Source: an uncultured Siphonobacter sp. | GTDB lineage: Bacteria; Bacteroidota; Bacteroidia; Cytophagales; Spirosomataceae | Direction: 5' to 3' | Assembly (NCBI GenBank): GCA_913775095.1 | Contig: CAJYIW010000007.1 | Span: forward strand, 1-32,000 | DNA: 32,000 nucleotides | In this document: in pieces, positions 27,549 through 32,000 of the stretch | Numbering within the stretch: position 1 is the first letter of the stretch | How the letters are laid out: each line of letters begins with the position of its first letter | Notes under the pieces: model-generated | What the model saw: only the letters and a program-made list of their open reading frames with translations | Databases searched by the model: none | What the model was told of the DNA's origin: nothing | Position numbers and translations under genes: made by a program

Positions 27549-29012
27549 ATGAAAAAAAGTCTATTAGTGCTGCTTTTATCCGGATTAACCCAGCTCCTTT
27601 ATGCTCAGAATGATAGTATCAGTGTTGAGTACACTACCGAAATTGATACTTCATTCGTGGTGAAAAAACGATTGCTGGATACTTACGGAGATGTATTTCA
27701 AAGTCAGGTTCCCACCCGAAGTATATTCAAGGTAGTATTACCCCTGGGAACAGCCAAAAATAATTTCCCCCCTCTGATGCTCATTCCTGATGCTTTTGAA
27801 AATCGCACCCTTCAGCGAGTAGGATTTATTCGTCTGGCCTATGAACGAAAGTTTAGTCCGGCCTGGTCCATTAATACTGAACTGGCTATTCCGTCCGGTA
27901 TAGCAGGTAATGTGGTTAATTCGTTACGGTTTATGATTCAGCCTCGCTGGTATTATCGCATGAACGAACGAATACGAACGGGGAAAAGCGTCGATAATGT
28001 TTCCGAGAACTACGTAGGTCTTTCGCTGGAATCTTCCTTTCGTTTTATGCTTAATCGTTATGTAAATAATCCCGGTTTGGGTTACAGTAATCAGGATATT
28101 GCTGTAGTATATGGCATTCAGCGACGATTCAGGAAACGGGGATTAATTGATTTTTCGGTTCGTGGGGGAGTCAATTTTAATCGGTATAATGATTATCTTA
28201 ATTCTAGTTTAATTAATTCGGGGCGGTATAACTGGTTCCTGGAGACCAGAACTTTAGTAGGCTTAGGTTTCACCAAATATTCCCAAAAAGCGTCTTCCAA
28301 TTGCGAAATACTAAGCTGTTTTGATCCCATCCAATCCCTCTGGAAGATTGATTTAAATAACCCAATCCGTTTTTCTAACAATGATAACTATTTCAGAACC
28401 TCAGTAGCTTATGAGCGAAAACTAGGCTCTAGTCCTTTTTCTCTTCAACTCGAAAGTAGCCTTTACGGTCGTAATTTTCAGTTTACTAGCGGGTACGCTC
28501 ACTCAGACCTGGTTAATCGCAGTGAAGTTATGTCCCGAATGGGACAAGTCAGCTTAGCCCTGGAGAGTCGATATTACTACAATATGAATAAACGAATACG
28601 GCGAGGGAAACAGTCGGATAATTTATCGGGTAATTTTTTTACGATAGGTTATATGAGGGAAAGGCTCTGGGGTAAAACTACGAATAACAACAGTTCAATA
28701 AGCATCGTCGCGTCCGAACAATACCTCAGCCTTCAGAAATCAAAACACACTTATGGAGACGCTTATCTGGCCTGGGGAGCACAGCGACGTTTGTTTATCA
28801 ATGGGTTTCTGGAATTGAAGGCAGGGTTAAGAATGCCAGTATGGCAGTCGGCCATTAATAACTATTATACAACACACATAAAAAATGGACAGGTAGAAGA
28901 AGGTAATCGTGAAGGGTTGGGGCTGTATGATAAACGACGTAACCACAGGGTAGGGGGCGTGTATCCCTTCGTAGATCTCAAAATTGGTCTGGCCTGGGCT
29001 AAACACAAATAA
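27549..29012 (+). CDS. Outer-membrane beta-barrel-like hypothetical protein
   Basis: 487 aa; signal peptide MKKSLLVLLLSGLTQLLYAQ; alternating amphipathic strands, aromatic-rich, strand-like C-terminus GLAWAKHK. Confidence 0.7.
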   Translation: MKKSLLVLLLSGLTQLLYAQNDSISVEYTTEIDTSFVVKKRLLDTYGDVFQSQVPTRSIFKVVLPLGTAKNNFPPLMLIPDAFENRTLQRVGFIRLAYERKFSPAWSINTELAIPSGIAGNVVNSLRFMIQPRWYYRMNERIRTGKSVDNVSENYVGLSLESSFRFMLNRYVNNPGLGYSNQDIAVVYGIQRRFRKRGLIDFSVRGGVNFNRYNDYLNSSLINSGRYNWFLETRTLVGLGFTKYSQKASSNCEILSCFDPIQSLWKIDLNNPIRFSNNDNYFRTSVAYERKLGSSPFSLQLESSLYGRNFQFTSGYAHSDLVNRSEVMSRMGQVSLALESRYYYNMNKRIRRGKQSDNLSGNFFTIGYMRERLWGKTTNNNSSISIVASEQYLSLQKSKHTYGDAYLAWGAQRRLFINGFLELKAGLRMPVWQSAINNYYTTHIKNGQVEEGNREGLGLYDKRRNHRVGGVYPFVDLKIGLAWAKHK

Positions 29013-29060
29013 ATCCTGAGGAAAGCATTAAAAAAAACCAGAGACAGGCGTTGTCCTTTG

Positions 29061-29789
29061 GTGAAGGGCGGCTGGAAAAGTACCTTTGCGAAGATTGATC
29101 CAAATAAAACCAGTCGCTACCTCTTGAATACCGCTCTTGCTCGTTTTCTTTCGCTCGTATTGCATCCCTTACTGATTCCAACGCTTTTGTTCGGAATCAT
29201 TTTTTATGCAGCCCCGATGGTTGTTGAGAATCTGGAAGTTTTCAATGAGCAGCAATCCGTCGATTTTTTTGGCCTGAAGCTATCGTTCAAAGCGGGGCTG
29301 TTATTGCTGGTCTTTTTCTTTACTTTTTTGATACCCAGTTATTTACTTTACGTTCTGTACCGGCTGAAGGTGATCAAAAGCCTGACGATGGAAAACCTGC
29401 AGGACCGGCGGTTGCCTTACCTGATGATTGTCGTTCTGTACACCATTTTTTCCTACGCTTCTTTCCGGTACATGACGCTCCTGCCTGAGGTCACGGTAAT
29501 CATGACCAGCATTACTTTCTCCATTTCCTGCGTAGCTTTCATTAGTTTGTACTGGCAGATTTCAGCCCACGCTACCGGAATGGGAGGGGTCATTGGCAGT
29601 TTACTGGCTCTGACGCTCAAGTTAGAACTGGGTGGTTTGCTGGCACCAGTGCTGGCCGTTATTGTGCTGACCGGTTTCTTAATGAGTGCCCGCCTGTATC
29701 TGAATGCTCACACGCCCCGTCAGATTATGGTGGGACTGTTGCTGGGTGCCGTCATTTGTAGCACCACCCTGTTTGTATTTATCCAGTAA
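29061..29789 (+). CDS. Polytopic membrane protein (PAP2-like family)
   Basis: About 243 aa; multiple TMs; SAHATGMGGVIGSLLAL and SARLYLNAHTPRQIMVGLLLG resemble PAP2-type membrane segments. ORF track start is a TTG at 29058; GTG at 29061 is an alternative. Confidence 0.6.
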   Translation: MKGGWKSTFAKIDPNKTSRYLLNTALARFLSLVLHPLLIPTLLFGIIFYAAPMVVENLEVFNEQQSVDFFGLKLSFKAGLLLLVFFFTFLIPSYLLYVLYRLKVIKSLTMENLQDRRLPYLMIVVLYTIFSYASFRYMTLLPEVTVIMTSITFSISCVAFISLYWQISAHATGMGGVIGSLLALTLKLELGGLLAPVLAVIVLTGFLMSARLYLNAHTPRQIMVGLLLGAVICSTTLFVFIQ

Positions 29790-29877
29790 ACCAGAGCGAT
29801 ACAAAATGCAAAAAGCCATCCCCGTCAAAAGGATGGCTAGATATGCCGTCGTAAAGAATCTTACTTCCTTACTGCAA

Positions 29878-30072
29878 CTATTGTTGCTCGCTTTCCTGCA
29901 TCTTCTGACGGTAAGCCGCCTTGATGACCTGGTGACGACGAGTGATTGAGGGCTTCGTAAACGCCATGCGAGAACGTAGTTCACGCATTACGCCCGTTTT
30001 TTCGAATTTCTTCTTGAAACGCTTGAGAGCCTTGTCAATGCTTTCGTTTTCTTTAACTTGAACGATAATCAT
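29878..30072 (-). CDS. rpsU: 30S ribosomal protein S21
   Basis: 64 aa; MIIVQVKENESIDKALKRFKKKFEKTGVMRELRSRMAFTKPSITRR. Confidence 0.96.
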   Translation of the reverse strand: MIIVQVKENESIDKALKRFKKKFEKTGVMRELRSRMAFTKPSITRRHQVIKAAYRQKMQESEQQ

Positions 30073-30118
30073 GTGTGTTATTCAGCAATTTGAATGGTTC
30101 AACTCCAAAACAGGATTG

Positions 30119-30148
30119 CAAATATACGCTTCTATTTCAAAATTTCAA
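30119..30148 (-). promoter_or_regulatory. Bacteroidota-type promoter for rpsU: TTG-N19-TATATTTG
   Basis: Minus-strand reading aTTG-aaattttgaaatagaagcg-TATATTTG. Confidence 0.65.
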
Positions 30149-30276
30149 TAGTTTATTAACAACTTTGGCGAACGGTTTCCAAGGAAAGAAATCATTTCGA
30201 AGGGATTCCGGTAACTCCCGGTCCCTTTTTCTCCATTTAAATTAGCCAGGAGCCTCAGGCTCAGGGTATGTGTCAT

Positions 30277-31221
30277 ATGAAACGTCAGGCAATCATCGAT
30301 CTGGGTACGAATACTTTTCAGTTAATGGTAGCTGAAATTCACGAAGGAAATTTCAAAATACTACACGATTCAAGTTCGCCCGCTAAAATTGGTGAAGGTG
30401 GAATTTCCGAAGGACGAATTTCCGAAGCGGCACTGGAGCGGGCCATTCATGTGCTGAAAGAGTTCCGCCAGATTACGGATGAATATGCTATCGCACCCGA
30501 TCAGATCACGGCTTTGGGAACCAGTGCCGTTCGTAATGCCTCCAATCAGGAGGAATTCTGCCAGCGGGTTTTAGTAGAAACAGGCATTGCCGTTACCATC
30601 GTGAAAGGCGAAGACGAGGCCAATCTGATCTACGAAGGCGTAAAAACCGGAATGAAGCTTAAAAAAGAAACCTCACTGATTGTCGATATTGGCGGGGGAA
30701 GCGTGGAGTTTATTCTGTGCAACGAAGACAAACTTTTCTGGAAACAAAGCTTTGAAATCGGTGGGCAGCGGCTGATGGATCGCTTCACTCAAACCGACCC
30801 GATTTTGCCCGATTCGGTCAGTAAACTGAACGAATTTCTGGAGCAGCAACTGGTGCCCTTAACCAATGCGGTTCATCAGTATGAAGCCCATGAACTGATT
30901 GGTTCGGCGGGTTCTTTCGAAACGCTGCTGGATATAGAATCCATTCGAAAAACGGGAGAATGGCCTGATCCTGAACTGACCAGTGCCGATTTGCCCCTGG
31001 CTTCCTTTATTGAATCTTACGAAACCTTCCTTACGTCTGACCGCGAAGAGCGACTGGCTATTCCCGGAATGAAGGCCTACCGGGCTGATATGATCGTGGT
31101 GGCTAGCTGCCTGATTGCGTTCCTGATTCGCAAATATCGCCTCCAGCAGATTCGAGTGTCGATGTTTGCCATGAAAGAGGGAATGCTGACCCGGATGAGC
31201 AGGGAAGCTGAAAATCGTTAA
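30277..31221 (+). CDS. Ppx/GppA family exopolyphosphatase/guanosine pentaphosphatase
   Basis: AIIDLGTNTFQLMVAEI, GTSAVRNASNQEEF, VDIGGGSVEFI, GSAGSFETL, GMKAYRADMIVVASCLI. ORF track start at 30268; a second in-frame ATG is at 30277. Confidence 0.93.
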   Translation: MKRQAIIDLGTNTFQLMVAEIHEGNFKILHDSSSPAKIGEGGISEGRISEAALERAIHVLKEFRQITDEYAIAPDQITALGTSAVRNASNQEEFCQRVLVETGIAVTIVKGEDEANLIYEGVKTGMKLKKETSLIVDIGGGSVEFILCNEDKLFWKQSFEIGGQRLMDRFTQTDPILPDSVSKLNEFLEQQLVPLTNAVHQYEAHELIGSAGSFETLLDIESIRKTGEWPDPELTSADLPLASFIESYETFLTSDREERLAIPGMKAYRADMIVVASCLIAFLIRKYRLQQIRVSMFAMKEGMLTRMSREAENR

Positions 31222-31409
31222 AAAAACTCAACGCCGCACGATCCAGAAGTCTTTTGCGTATCTTTTTAAACAAGTGCTTGGTTTAAAAGGTAAATAATAA
31301 GATTTTGGAAGCAGGGAAAGATTCATCAAGTGAAAGTCAAGCCAGAAGGCGATAAGCCCTATGGATTACTTCTGAATCACCTCTGCATTAATTCGGATTG
31401 ATTTGCGTA

Positions 31410-31871
31410 ATGGAAAGAAGACAATTCCTTCAGTTTTTTTTGGCTACCTCATTACTTGGCCCTGTACTCACGCAGGGGCAGGACAGACGATATCTGGTTG
31501 AAAAGACGGATTCCGAATGGAAACGGATTCTTACGCCGGAGCAATACTTTGTTACCCGTCAGAAGGGAACGGAGCGGGCTTTTTCCGGCAAATTCTGGAA
31601 TAACCGCGAGAAAGGTACCTATCGGTGCGTATGCTGTAGTGCAGAGTTGTTTCGGTCTGATGCTCAGGTTGATAACGGTAGTGGCTGGCCTACGTTTACC
31701 AAAGTAGCCAATCCCCGGAATGTGGAGGAACGGGAAACCCAGACGGGCCGGGGAAAAGAGCTGTCATGCAGTCGCTGCGGAGCGTACCTGGGGCAGCTTA
31801 CTCAGGATGGTTCAGCCCGATTGAAGTACACGATTAATTCAGCCGCCTTAAATTTTGAACGCGGTAAATAA
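31410..31871 (+). CDS. MsrB-fold (methionine-R-sulfoxide reductase-like) protein, Tat-like leader, canonical catalytic residues substituted
   Basis: CVCCSAELFRSDAQVDNGSGWPTF, CSRCGAYLGQL, LKYTINSAALNF. Leader MERRQFLQFFLATSLL. ORF track start at 31398. Confidence 0.88.
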   Translation: MERRQFLQFFLATSLLGPVLTQGQDRRYLVEKTDSEWKRILTPEQYFVTRQKGTERAFSGKFWNNREKGTYRCVCCSAELFRSDAQVDNGSGWPTFTKVANPRNVEERETQTGRGKELSCSRCGAYLGQLTQDGSARLKYTINSAALNFERGK

Positions 31872-31880
31872 ATTGAACGG

Positions 31881-31909
31881 GGCCGATAGTTGACTATCGG
31901 CCTTTTTTT
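31881..31909 (+). terminator. Rho-independent terminator after the msrB-like gene
   Basis: GGCCGATAG-ttga-CTATCGGCC-TTTTTTT. Confidence 0.92.
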
Positions 31910-32000
31910 GTACTTTTCCAACCTGAGAGCCAGATGTCAAGCCTTATTTTTAATAGATAATTCGGTATAAAATTTGGTTTATTTATTGTGGAGTTCTATT

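Noticed and set aside
29878-30072. Treating the overlapping 29679..29984 and 29704..29949 ORFs as genes
   Set aside because: They overlap the clear rpsU gene and the 3' end of the membrane protein gene, and have low-complexity, family-less products.

Overview
This 32 kb window looks like a Bacteroidota (probably Cytophagales-type) chromosomal region. The evidence is gene content, a SusC-less TonB receptor, Bacteroidota-style promoters and genes typical of that group. It is mostly housekeeping or metabolic: metH, an MBOAT/SGNH-like pair, a DUF389 protein, an exported SAM hydrolase-fold protein, XdhC, a TonB receptor, AraC regulator + aldehyde dehydrogenase + DUF779, FdhD-NUDIX-cysteine desulfurase, hemH, katA, an isolated nuoH, asnS, an ECF sigma/envelope gene cluster, rpsU, Ppx/GppA and a divergent MsrB-like protein. 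I see no CRISPR array, phage, tRNA, rRNA or recognisable transposase. The unusual content is intergenic. (1) A composite repeat occurs twice (1-~640 and 10722-11345): a heptamer array of ~95 nt, a similar leader, then three ~155-165 bp units, most with up to four strong hairpins whose stems are conserved while loops vary. (2) Degenerate 7-, 8- and 10-nt period arrays start at or just after stop codons (9477, 16571, 21150 on the minus strand), each followed by sequence complementary to the array. (3) Two tandem hairpin-bounded REP/BIME-like units lie at 14671-14913. Protein-level oddities are an MsrB-like protein lacking the canonical catalytic Cys and both active-site His, and a SAM-hydrolase-family protein with a signal peptide.
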